Assembly (NCBI RefSeq): GCF_031292145.1
Contig: NZ_JARLHR010000120.1
DNA: 64,000 nt
Reading direction: 5' to 3' (one strand)
From: Clostridium sp.
GTDB lineage: Bacteria > Bacillota > Clostridia > Clostridiales > Clostridiaceae
In this document: one piece after another, positions 10,047-18,547 of the stretch
How the letters are laid out: each line of letters begins with the position of its first letter
Position numbering within the stretch: position 1 is the first letter of the stretch
Translations under genes and position numbers: made by a program
Notes under the pieces: model-generated
Told to the model about the DNA's origin: nothing
Database searches by the model: none
What the model saw: only the letters and a program-made list of their open reading frames with translations

Positions 10047-11334
10047 CAAATACACCTCCTACATTTTTAAAGTCTTCCCAAAATTGTGGATATGATTTTG
10101 AAACACATTCATAATCCTTAAGTATTATAGGCTCTTTACATACAGTAGAAGCTATAGCTATAGTCATTGCAATTCTATGATCCTTATGACTCCAAACTTC
10201 AGTACCGCCTTTTAATTCTTTAACTCCTTCAATTATTAAGCCATCTTCTTTTTCTGTAATTTTAGCACCTAGCTTATTAAGTTCAGAAGTTACTGCTGCT
10301 AATCTATCACATTCCTTGATTCTAAGTCTTCCAGCGTTTATTATTTCTGTTGTTCCTTCGCTTAAGGCTGCAACTAAAGATACTACTGGAATTATATCTG
10401 GGCATTGAGAACCATCAATTACAGTTGCTTTTAACTTCTCATTTACGGTTCCAATTAAACCATTATTCTTATTGTTTATTTCAACGCCCATTCTTGTTAG
10501 AATATCTATTACTTCTTTGTCTCCTTGAAGAGAATCTACCTTCAAATCATTAAGCACTACATTATTTAAAAGTGCATCTGCACAGAAGAAAAATGCTGCT
10601 TGTGAATAATCTCCTTCAACTCTATACTCTCTGCTCTTATAAGTTTGATTTCCCTTTATTATAAATTCTTCATAATTATTATTTACAATTTCTATACCAA
10701 AATCATTCATAGCACTTAAAGTTAAGTCAATGTAACCTTTTGATTCCATTTCTGTTGTTATCACTATTTTAGAATCTCCATCTAAAAGAGGAAGCGTAAA
10801 TAATAATCCTGTTATAAATTGAGAGCTAATATTACCTTTAACTTTAAATTCTCCTGGCTGTAATCTGCCTTCTGTCTTTAAATCTAGTACTCCTTCTTTA
10901 TAAGAATATTTTATATTCTGCTCATCAAATATATTGTAATATGTATCTAGAGGTCTTTTTCCTAAATTACCTCTTCCAACAAATCTATTAACTCCATCAA
11001 ATAAAGCTGCTATCGGTACTAAAAATCTTAGGGTTGATCCTGATTCGTTACAATCTATGGTTCTTTCCTTTTTTACTTTATTAGCTTTAATATTTTCAGG
11101 ACTTTTGATGCCATTAACCTCAAGATAATCTTCCTTTTTAGTTATTTTTGCACCTAGAGATGACATAGCTTCAATAGTAGCTATAATATCATCTGAATAA
11201 TCTATGTTTGTAACCTTACTGATTCCATCTCCAAGAGCCGCACAAATAACAGCTCTATGCGCCATGCTCTTAGATGGTGGTATCTTGACTTCACCATTTA
11301 ATTTAGTTGGATTAATTTTAATATTTCCCATCAT
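10024..11334 (-). CDS. aroA: 3-phosphoshikimate 1-carboxyvinyltransferase (EPSP synthase)
   Basis: 436 aa with PPSKSMAHR, LGNSGT-like ESGSTLRF and RIKECDR motifs. Confidence 0.85.
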   Translation of the reverse strand: MMGNIKINPTKLNGEVKIPPSKSMAHRAVICAALGDGISKVTNIDYSDDIIATIEAMSSLGAKITKKEDYLEVNGIKSPENIKANKVKKERTIDCNESGSTLRFLVPIAALFDGVNRFVGRGNLGKRPLDTYYNIFDEQNIKYSYKEGVLDLKTEGRLQPGEFKVKGNISSQFITGLLFTLPLLDGDSKIVITTEMESKGYIDLTLSAMNDFGIEIVNNNYEEFIIKGNQTYKSREYRVEGDYSQAAFFFCADALLNNVVLNDLKVDSLQGDKEVIDILTRMGVEINNKNNGLIGTVNEKLKATVIDGSQCPDIIPVVSLVAALSEGTTEIINAGRLRIKECDRLAAVTSELNKLGAKITEKEDGLIIEGVKELKGGTEVWSHKDHRIAMTIAIASTVCKEPIILKDYECVSKSYPQFWEDFKNVGGVFDEWNVGQ

Positions 11335-11350
11335 ATCACCCCTTAGTTCA

Positions 11351-11378
11351 GTTAAGAGTTAAGAGTTAAAAGTTAAGA
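11351..11378. repeat. heptanucleotide tandem repeat GTTAAGA x4 (one variant unit)
   Basis: gttaaga gttaaga gttaaaa gttaaga read directly, in the aroB-aroA spacer. The same heptamer is repeated at 50921-50955 on the other strand. Confidence 0.9.
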
Positions 11379-11495
11379 GTTGGAGAATTATTCATATATT
11401 ACTATAGTTTTTTTGTTCTTCAAAACCTTGTTCTTTAACTATTACTTCTTATACTTTTTATTGCTTTTGGTTATTTATTCTTATTAATTTATTTT

Positions 11496-12548
11496 TTAAT
11501 TAAAAAAATTAACATTAGTTTTTTCTAAAAATGATTCTCCAATATTATTTAACAATACTACTTTTAAAACATTATCAATATTTTTCTTATCTAATGCTAT
11601 TGTATCTAGAATTGCTGAACTATCATTTATTTCTACTTCATATGGAAGACCATATTGTATTAATATTTCTTTTATCTCATTGCTTACCCCTTGCTCTGTA
11701 AGCCCTTTATTTTCTGCAATATTACTTATTTCATACATACCTATGGCAACAGCTTCTCCATGAGTGAATTTTTTAAAATTATAATAAGTCTCTATTGCAT
11801 GCCCTAAAGTATGCCCAAAGTTTAATAGCATTCTTTCCCCTGTATCTTTTTCATCATTTTCCACAACACATTTTTTTATAAAGCAGCATTTGTGGATAAT
11901 AGACTCTATATTGTGCATAACTTCTTCTTTATTTTTTAAACTTTCTAAGAAATAAAAGAATTCTTTATCTTTTATACATCCATACTTTATAACTTCAGCC
12001 ATCCCATCCTTAAAAAATCTTTCGCTTAAAGTTTCTAGTACATTTGGATCTATTAAAACTAACTTAGGATGATAAAAACTTCCTACTAAATTTTTACCTC
12101 TTTCTAAATCTACAGCAACTTTTCCACCTACACTGCTGTCAACTTGAGCAAGTAATGAAGTTGGCATTTGAATAAAACTTATTCCCCTTAAGAAAGTAGA
12201 TGCAACAAATCCACCAAGATCCCCAATTACTCCTCCACCAAGAGTTAGTATTAAATCACTTCTTGTTATTTTAAAATCTAAAAGTTCATTATATATTAAT
12301 GGAAGGGTAGTAAATGCCTTAGTTTCTTCACCTGGCTCTAAAGCCATTAATTTAACATCATACCCTGACTCAACTAAAGATGACTTAACTTTATCCCCAT
12401 AATGATAATTCACATTTTTATCCGTTAATATAAATATTTTCTTACCCCTATAAACCTTGCTAATTTCTGAGTTTACCTTATCAATTAATCCCTTTTTAAT
12501 TATAATTGGATAACTTCTTTCGCCAAGCTGAACAACCAAATCTTCCAT
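11496..12548 (-). CDS. aroB: 3-dehydroquinate synthase
   Basis: 350 aa with [11 protein letters not shown] and metal-binding HTLGHAIE motifs. First gene of the aro operon. Confidence 0.85.
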   Translation of the reverse strand: MEDLVVQLGERSYPIIIKKGLIDKVNSEISKVYRGKKIFILTDKNVNYHYGDKVKSSLVESGYDVKLMALEPGEETKAFTTLPLIYNELLDFKITRSDLILTLGGGVIGDLGGFVASTFLRGISFIQMPTSLLAQVDSSVGGKVAVDLERGKNLVGSFYHPKLVLIDPNVLETLSERFFKDGMAEVIKYGCIKDKEFFYFLESLKNKEEVMHNIESIIHKCCFIKKCVVENDEKDTGERMLLNFGHTLGHAIETYYNFKKFTHGEAVAIGMYEISNIAENKGLTEQGVSNEIKEILIQYGLPYEVEINDSSAILDTIALDKKNIDNVLKVVLLNNIGESFLEKTNVNFFN

Positions 12549-12641
12549 TCTGTTTTGCCCCCTATACTTTAATTTTAATTAATGATGAATGATTAATTAT
12601 TAATAAAATTACTTCGTAATTTCTTTAATTATATATTTTTA

Positions 12642-12662
12642 GAAATCTCCAAAGGAGATTTC
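12642..12662 (-). promoter_or_regulatory. perfect 9-bp stem hairpin in the aroB 5' leader
   Basis: GAAATCTCC-TTT-GGAGATTTC, with no U-tract. Lies between the attenuator-like terminator and the aroB RBS. Confidence 0.4.
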
Positions 12663-12693
12663 ACCATTCATCTTTCATTATTAACATACATAT

Positions 12694-12726
12694 AAAAAAA
12701 TGGAACTCATATATAAATGAGTTCCA
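12694..12726 (-). terminator. intrinsic terminator (candidate attenuator) upstream of aroB
   Basis: Minus sense reads TGGAACTCAT-TTATAT-ATGAGTTCCA followed by TTTTTTT. It lies 146 nt upstream of the aroB ATG and 42 nt downstream of the aromatic-rich ORF stop. Confidence 0.75.
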
Positions 12727-12768
12727 CTAAATACCAATATCACCTGATATCAAAAACTTGTATAAATA

Positions 12769-12903
12769 TTAAAAACTCATTAAAAAGATATTTTCAGTTT
12801 TTTTGCAAAATAAATAGCCAGCGCTAAAATAAAAGCCCCAGAACATAAAATAAAAAAAGCTATAAAATTTTTGCATAACTGATTTCACAATATCTTTCTC
12901 CAT
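12769..12903 (-). CDS. 44-aa aromatic-rich small ORF (candidate aro leader peptide, or a small membrane peptide)
   Basis: SD GGAG sits 6 nt before the ATG. Peptide MEKDIVKSVMQKFYSFFYFMFWGFYFSAGYLFCKKTENIFLMSF has 10 F, 4 Y and 1 W. An in-frame ATG at 12915 has no SD. Confidence 0.5.
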   Translation of the reverse strand: MEKDIVKSVMQKFYSFFYFMFWGFYFSAGYLFCKKTENIFLMSF

Positions 12904-12981
12904 GATTTTCTCCATTTCTAAAATAATAATTATTTTACGAATATTAATATAACATTAATTTATAAAATTTGTCTTTTTACC

Positions 12982-13009
12982 ATTATAACAAACTCTAATA
13001 CATTGTCAA
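12982..13009 (-). promoter_or_regulatory. consensus sigma-A promoter driving the small ORF and the aro leader
   Basis: Minus sense reads TTGACA, a 16-nt spacer, then TGtTATAAT (extended -10). Confidence 0.6.
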
Positions 13010-13325
13010 TACAAATTAACTCTTTTTCATTTTTTACGTCATTTCTTTATTTATTTATCAGTAATATTACACTTAAAATATTACAATATCAAAAATAAAT
13101 GCATATAATTTATCTTTTATCAAAATTCTTTTTTTTGCACTGCAATATTATTTATCTAGATAATTATATACTTGCTCATATTTATTACTACGTAATTCAT
13201 TTAATAAACTAAGCATAATATCACCTTCTTTATCCATATTATTATACATTAAAATATTATTAATAAAATACATGTAACTGCAAATAATAAGAAAGTATTC
13301 TAAAGGACAAGGTGGTAATAAATAT

Positions 13326-14702
13326 ATGATTAAAAAATTTTTATCTATTTTTATAATGATTATAATATTTGTTCTAGTAAGCTGCAGCGCTAAAAATTCA
13401 ATCAAAAATATAGAAGTTGAGCAACCTAAAGCCTATGATACAATCCCAACAAGGTCAAGTAATAAACTTGAGGTGGATTATACCAACTTTAAGGGATTAA
13501 ACTTGGTTGAAGATGAGATTAAATTTAAAATTGATGGTAACTCATTAAATCTAAACTTACCAATATATTTAGATAAAAATAGATATTACATATCTTTGAA
13601 TGAGTTAATTGAAAAACTTAATGGTGAAATAGAAAAAGTTGATAATTCTTTAAATATAGTTATTAATAATAATATCTATTGCATTAACTTTGATAATAAT
13701 ACAGTTACATGTCCTAACTATAAATTTCCTCTAAAAAAAGCATTATTAAATTCTGATGACATGTATTATATAAATTTTTCAGATTTTTCGCATATGCTTA
13801 ATTTATATACTAGATGGGACAAAGATAATAAAATAATAGATTGTAAGATAGATGGTTTTAAAAATACAAATCTTACGCCTTATAAATCAACAATAAATCA
13901 AATAGGCCTCATAAGATTTGAAGATGTGGGAGTAACCTCCCAAGCCTACTCAAAAGATTACTTTGAAAAACTTCGTATTATAGCGCATTATATGTATGAA
14001 AAAAAAATACCTTATCATATTGCATGGATTCCTAGATATGTTATTCCAAATCAAGGAGTTGATAATGATCCTTTAACTAAGAATAATTTTGAACTAGCTG
14101 AAATGGTATATAGTTTAGATTATTTCACTTCTCATAATGGACTAATTGGTCTTCACGGATATACTCACCAATGTGGAAACACTGAATCAGGTGCTGGTTT
14201 TGAATTTGGAAAATTTGATCCTTCTGATACAAACTTTGAAGAAAAAATCCAAAAAGCCATTAAAACTGCATCTTATTTAGATATACCAATTAAATTCTTT
14301 GAAGTCCCTCATTATGAAATTACGCCAAGTCAAAATAAAATTGCTGAAAAATATTTTAAGATATTATACTATCCATTTAATGATTATGGAAGAGATAAAG
14401 CTGATTTAACAAAACCCCAGCTTAGTCCTTACAATAAGGCTTCCTATTACATTTCAACACCTCTTGATTATATCCCTGTTGACCAAGAAGAGGTTACTTT
14501 AGATAAACTACGCAACAATGCTAATGAAGCTAAAATGGGAAGTGTATTTTTCCATCCATCTTTAGAAGATAATTATATTTCATTAACTCAAGATAACGAT
14601 ACTTCTCCTACTTTTTATTATGTTAAAGATTCAACCTTAAAAAAATTAATAGGTATATTAGAGGAAAGGGGCTTTAAAATGATTAGCGTAGCAGATATTT
14701 AG
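13326..14702 (+). CDS. lipoprotein with stalk-like N-terminal domain and DUF2334/polysaccharide-deacetylase-like C-terminal domain
   Basis: Signal peptide with lipobox LVSC and RBS AAGGTGG. The DUF2334 assignment comes from the general sequence character (HGYTHQ) only. Confidence 0.5.
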   Translation: MIKKFLSIFIMIIIFVLVSCSAKNSIKNIEVEQPKAYDTIPTRSSNKLEVDYTNFKGLNLVEDEIKFKIDGNSLNLNLPIYLDKNRYYISLNELIEKLNGEIEKVDNSLNIVINNNIYCINFDNNTVTCPNYKFPLKKALLNSDDMYYINFSDFSHMLNLYTRWDKDNKIIDCKIDGFKNTNLTPYKSTINQIGLIRFEDVGVTSQAYSKDYFEKLRIIAHYMYEKKIPYHIAWIPRYVIPNQGVDNDPLTKNNFELAEMVYSLDYFTSHNGLIGLHGYTHQCGNTESGAGFEFGKFDPSDTNFEEKIQKAIKTASYLDIPIKFFEVPHYEITPSQNKIAEKYFKILYYPFNDYGRDKADLTKPQLSPYNKASYYISTPLDYIPVDQEEVTLDKLRNNANEAKMGSVFFHPSLEDNYISLTQDNDTSPTFYYVKDSTLKKLIGILEERGFKMISVADI

Positions 14703-14892
14703 TTGCTCTAATTATTCGGATTTTATTGATGAGATTAACACGAACAAAATGACAAAAAATTTTAATAAAGATGAAGTAATTGATAATATTGCTATATCAT
14801 TAGACTATGATTGCTTAGAAGATATACCACACTTTGATACAAGAAATGATTTTTTGAAGAAATTGAAAGAAGCTTTGAGACTATATGATAAA

Positions 14893-14977
14893 CTGACTTA
14901 CGGACAGTAAAAAGGGCAAGCTAACCAACTATTTATCAAATCAGTATACCTAATCTAAATAGCTGTCCGTAAGTCAG
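14893..14977. repeat. 85-bp element bounded by a perfect 15-bp inverted repeat
   Basis: CTGACTTACGGACAG ...55 nt... CTGTCCGTAAGTCAG read directly. Confidence 0.85.
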
Positions 14978-15856
14978 ATCTGAAGATACTTTAAAATTTA
15001 GCAATGATTTAAAAACTGCAAGAACTCAATTAGAGGCTGAAAAAATAACTTCCATTTATGAAAAAACTCAAGCTGGAGAGCCTCTTGATTCCATTTTACA
15101 AATTTTTAATGTTGCATAAGAAACCTCCTTAGTTGTCTTAATGAAAATATTTATCTATAACTCTGCTCGTTTATAGAGCAATTTTATATGTTACATTTTT
15201 ATTTATATTATTAGCACTAAAACTTGTTTCTAAATTTATACTAAGACAAAAGATAACATTAATTAATTATTTCATGCAATGTTTATTTAAGGACAAAAAA
15301 CACTTCTATTAAATATACTTGATTATTTTTTCTTCAAATGATATTTTTGATCTTCCTTCATCCCTCCAATAATAGAAATATATATCAATATTTGTGAAGT
15401 AACCTATATAATAACCATTAAGTCTATAATTAAAAAATTATTTAAGATTAATGTATCATTATAAACAAATTTAACTTTTTCTTATATGCAATTTTAATTA
15501 TCGTGAGTAGCATTATATATGACGCAATAAAATTTAATTTAAACTGCTCAACAATCGTAATTAGGCTTGAACCAATAATTATGTTAAATAAAATTCTATA
15601 CAAACCATTATTTTTTTCTTCAAACTACCTATAAATAGATTATATTCATAGTATCTAAACTATTTATAACAGTATTATTCAACATAATATTTACCTGCTT
15701 GCTTAAATTCTGTGATCGAGTTGATGCACTTATGAATACTATAATTGCAAAAGATGTATTTCTTACAAAGCCAGGTAAATTAGTAAAAAAAATCAGCATA
15801 CTTAGTTGCAAAAAACACTACTAAATTTAATGTTAAATAGCCTATATAGCATAAAG

Positions 15857-15893
15857 ATAAGAGCCTTGAGTTTTATTTTCTCTCAGCTCTTAT
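15857..15893 (-). terminator. hairpin immediately after the distal ABC ATPase gene
   Basis: ATAAGAGC..TGAG/CTCA..GCTCTTAT stem 3 nt after the stop. The U-tract is weak. Confidence 0.35.
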
Positions 15894-15895
15894 TT

Positions 15896-16789
15896 TTATT
15901 TATAATTCTCCATTTCATTACATTCACTAATAGATATTACTTTTGCTAAATTTCTATTTAGTAATTCTTGAATTTTATTATAAAAACTAACGTTATTAAG
16001 ATTTTCTTTTATACGTAGTATATTTTTCTTATCTTCAATAATTGTATAATCAGAATAATACTCTTTTAAAAGACTAATATCATTTATTGCTTCTAAATAT
16101 ACATTTATATCTTTATCTAATTTTTTTTGATGATTAAGTTTTTGCACCTTATGATTTACAATTTGGTATTTTTCATTACATACTTCATTTAAAAAATTAC
16201 TATCATGACTTGTTATTATTATACTTGTGTTATAATAGTTAACCAATTGTAATAGATTTTCTTTAAATAAAATTTTATTTTCGGCATCTAATCCGTCTAC
16301 TGGTTCATCTAATATTATAAGATCTGGAAAATTTAATAACGATATAGAAAACATAAGCTTTTGCTTCATTCCTTTTGAATAGGTTTGAACTTTTTTATGT
16401 ATATAATTTTCCATGCTAAAGTTTTCAACCAAAGTATCTATTCTCTCTTTTATATTAATATCTAATCCTTTTAAAACTGCAAAATATCTAAGATTATCAT
16501 ATCCTGATAAGTTCCAATATAAATTTCTATTTCCATCACTCATTATGCTAATTTTTTTATTTAAATAATTTCCAATTTTATTAATATCATGCTCTAACAC
16601 CTTGCATATTCCACTTCTAGGCATTATTTGTCTACAAACAATTCTTATAAAAGTAGTTTTACCTGAACCATTCTTCCCAACTAGTCCAATAATTTTATTT
16701 TGAGGAATACACACAGACATATTTTCAAATACAATCTTATTCCCAAAGTTCAAATTAATATCATCCATTTTCACAATAAAATCACTCAT
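15896..16789 (-). CDS. ABC transporter ATP-binding protein (no adjacent intact permease)
   Basis: Walker A GKNGSGKTT, signature YSKGMKQKL, Walker B LIILDEP. Confidence 0.8.
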   Translation of the reverse strand: MSDFIVKMDDINLNFGNKIVFENMSVCIPQNKIIGLVGKNGSGKTTFIRIVCRQIMPRSGICKVLEHDINKIGNYLNKKISIMSDGNRNLYWNLSGYDNLRYFAVLKGLDINIKERIDTLVENFSMENYIHKKVQTYSKGMKQKLMFSISLLNFPDLIILDEPVDGLDAENKILFKENLLQLVNYYNTSIIITSHDSNFLNEVCNEKYQIVNHKVQKLNHQKKLDKDINVYLEAINDISLLKEYYSDYTIIEDKKNILRIKENLNNVSFYNKIQELLNRNLAKVISISECNEMENYK

Positions 16790-16820
16790 TATTCTATATA
16801 CCTTTCATAAAAATTATATA

Positions 16821-16882
16821 TTTTAAAAGTAACAGTAGCAGATAAAAGTTTCATATTTAAATTTTACCTACTACTGTTACTT
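16821..16882 (-). terminator. stem-loop after the precursor gene array (possible leaky terminator)
   Basis: Minus sense reads AAGTAACAGTAG ..32 nt loop.. CTACTGTTACTT followed by TTAAAATAT. Confidence 0.35.
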
Positions 16883-16917
16883 CTAACTTTCTATTATGTT
16901 ATTTGCATGTTTTTAGA

Positions 16918-17019
16918 TTAAGCTGAAAAATTGCTACCATTGTATCCAACATTTCCGCAAACAATTGCACCTACTGATACGCATCCTGCTTTTATGTCTT
17001 TCTTTAAGAAAAATAGCAT
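16918..17019 (-). CDS. RiPP precursor peptide, copy 1 (33 aa MLFFLKKDIKAGCVSVGAIVCGNVGYNGSNFSA)
   Basis: Translated by hand. RBS GGAGGTG sits 6 nt before the ATG. The ORF is below the track cutoff and lies in the rSAM operon. Confidence 0.75.
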   Translation of the reverse strand: MLFFLKKDIKAGCVSVGAIVCGNVGYNGSNFSA

Positions 17020-17065
17020 ACTAAACACCTCCTTCTTTCTTTTTTAATTGCTTGGACATTTTTAA

Positions 17066-17167
17066 TTAAGCTGAAAAGTTGCTACCATTGTATCCAACAT
17101 TTCCACAAACAATTGCACCTACTGATACGCATCCTGCTTTTATGTCTTTCTTTAAGAAAAATAACAT
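17066..17167 (-). CDS. RiPP precursor peptide, copy 2 (identical 33-aa product)
   Basis: Same frame and peptide as copy 1, with RBS GGAGGTA. Differs from copy 1 only at synonymous sites. Confidence 0.75.
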   Translation of the reverse strand: MLFFLKKDIKAGCVSVGAIVCGNVGYNGSNFSA

Positions 17168-17213
17168 ACTAAATACCTCCTTCTTTCTTTTTTAATTGCT
17201 TGGACATTTTTAA

Positions 17214-17315
17214 TTAAGCTGAAAAGTTGCTACCATTGTATCCAACATTTCCACAAACAATTGCACCTACTGATACACATCCTGCTTTTATGTCTTTCTT
17301 TAAGAAAAATAACAT
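17214..17315 (-). CDS. RiPP precursor peptide, copy 3 (identical 33-aa product)
   Basis: Same peptide, with RBS AAAGGAGA. One synonymous difference from copy 2. Confidence 0.75.
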   Translation of the reverse strand: MLFFLKKDIKAGCVSVGAIVCGNVGYNGSNFSA

Positions 17316-17424
17316 ACCTAATCGTCTCCTTTCCTAAAAATTAAAAATCTATTTAAATTTCAATATGGACACTCTTTATTCCACATGAAAATTAAAGCAG
17401 CTTTATTTTCTAAAATTAATAAAT

Positions 17425-17883
17425 CTAATGAACTTGTTCTTTCTTTTTTGAAATAAGTGTTGCAATCATTCCAGTGAAGTAAAATAACACCAAATAAATT
17501 GCAAATAAAAATACAAGTGAACTTATATCAAAACTTACATTTATATTACTTAGAGAAATACTCGAATTAGATTCTGCTAATTTTTTTGTGTTTTCAATAA
17601 TAATATCTATATTATCTTTAGATAAATTAATATATAAGAATATTCCTGTTATTAACATAGATATAACTGATATAATTGCAGAATATAAAATATTATCTTT
17701 CTTTGAAAAATTATTCTTTAAAACATTAATTCCATATATTACTGCATTTATAACTAGCGGAATGATTGTACTATACAAGAATAAAGTAAGTATATTTATT
17801 GTATCCATTTGTATTTCTATGCTAAAAAGACTAATTATTAAAACTAAAATCATAATAATATAATATTTAATAGATTTATTCAT
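17425..17883 (-). CDS. small polytopic membrane protein of unknown function (about 4 TM)
   Basis: 152-aa hydrophobic ORF between the CPBP gene and the precursor array. No recognisable motif. Confidence 0.6.
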   Translation of the reverse strand: MNKSIKYYIIMILVLIISLFSIEIQMDTINILTLFLYSTIIPLVINAVIYGINVLKNNFSKKDNILYSAIISVISMLITGIFLYINLSKDNIDIIIENTKKLAESNSSISLSNINVSFDISSLVFLFAIYLVLFYFTGMIATLISKKKEQVH

Positions 17884-17895
17884 AAAATCACCTCT

Positions 17896-18546
17896 TTAAA
17901 ATATTTTTAAAACCACTACTACATCATAAAACCAGTGAAGTAAAATTGATGATGATAGATTTTTAGTATATAAATACATACTTCCTAAAATAATTCCAAG
18001 TGGAACCCTAATAATTAAATTAGTTAAAATATCTTCATTTGAATGTAATATAAAAGCAAATATTAATGAACTAATTATCATAGAAACAATTTTACTTAAA
18101 TTTCTACTTAAAATATGGATAATTATGCCTCTTGATAAAATTTCTTCTGATATTCCAATAAACATAAAATGTATAAATACATAATAATTGCTTATAAGCG
18201 TATTGAATTTTTGGGCATATATAACTATAGATACAAACAAAATCAATATACTAATATTCATAATTATTGCTTTTCTATTTTTAAAACCCGACAAGCCTAT
18301 GTCATTAAAAGTTAATTTATCTGTAAATTTCAATATATATATTGGAATTAAAGCAAAACTAATAAAAATTGGTATTGATTGTGAAGCAAGTATAGAAATC
18401 AATGGTTGATCTATTCCAAACATTCCGACTAATAACGACATACTTATTAGCAATAATAGCAACATCAATGATGGTAAAACTGCTAACGCAATAACTTTTA
18501 ATACATTATTAAAAAAATCTTCTTTATTCCTAATTATATTTACCAT
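17896..18546 (-). CDS. CPBP (CAAX/Abi) family intramembrane metalloprotease
   Basis: Motifs EEILSRG (EExxxR), FAFILH (FxxxH) and HWFYD (HxxxD/N) in a polytopic membrane protein. Confidence 0.8.
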   Translation of the reverse strand: MVNIIRNKEDFFNNVLKVIALAVLPSLMLLLLLISMSLLVGMFGIDQPLISILASQSIPIFISFALIPIYILKFTDKLTFNDIGLSGFKNRKAIIMNISILILFVSIVIYAQKFNTLISNYYVFIHFMFIGISEEILSRGIIIHILSRNLSKIVSMIISSLIFAFILHSNEDILTNLIIRVPLGIILGSMYLYTKNLSSSILLHWFYDVVVVLKIF

Positions 18547-18547
18547 A

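Larger units (their letters stand above)
16918..17340. repeat. tandem repeat, period 148 bp, about 2.9 units (precursor gene plus spacer)
   Basis: Unit starts at 16918, 17066 and 17214. Units 1 and 2 differ at 4 of 148 positions. Confidence 0.9.

Noticed and set aside
12549-12693. Searched the aroB leader for T-box or other known riboswitch motifs
   Set aside because: No T-box core sequence or other riboswitch signature that I recognise is present. Only the two hairpins reported above were found.
13148-13405. 85-aa minus-strand ORF
   Set aside because: It overlaps the start of the well-supported lipoprotein gene on the opposite strand. Its translation is AT-rich and Ile/Asn/Leu-rich, and it has no RBS.
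15629-15811. 60-aa hydrophobic minus-strand ORF downstream of the orphan ABC ATPase
   Set aside because: It has no RBS and is surrounded by stop-riddled frames. I treat it as a possible permease remnant, not as a gene.
16918-17340. Whether the regular 148-bp repeats could be a CRISPR array
   Set aside because: The whole unit is repeated, with no unique spacers. The units encode a conserved peptide with an RBS, and no cas genes are nearby.
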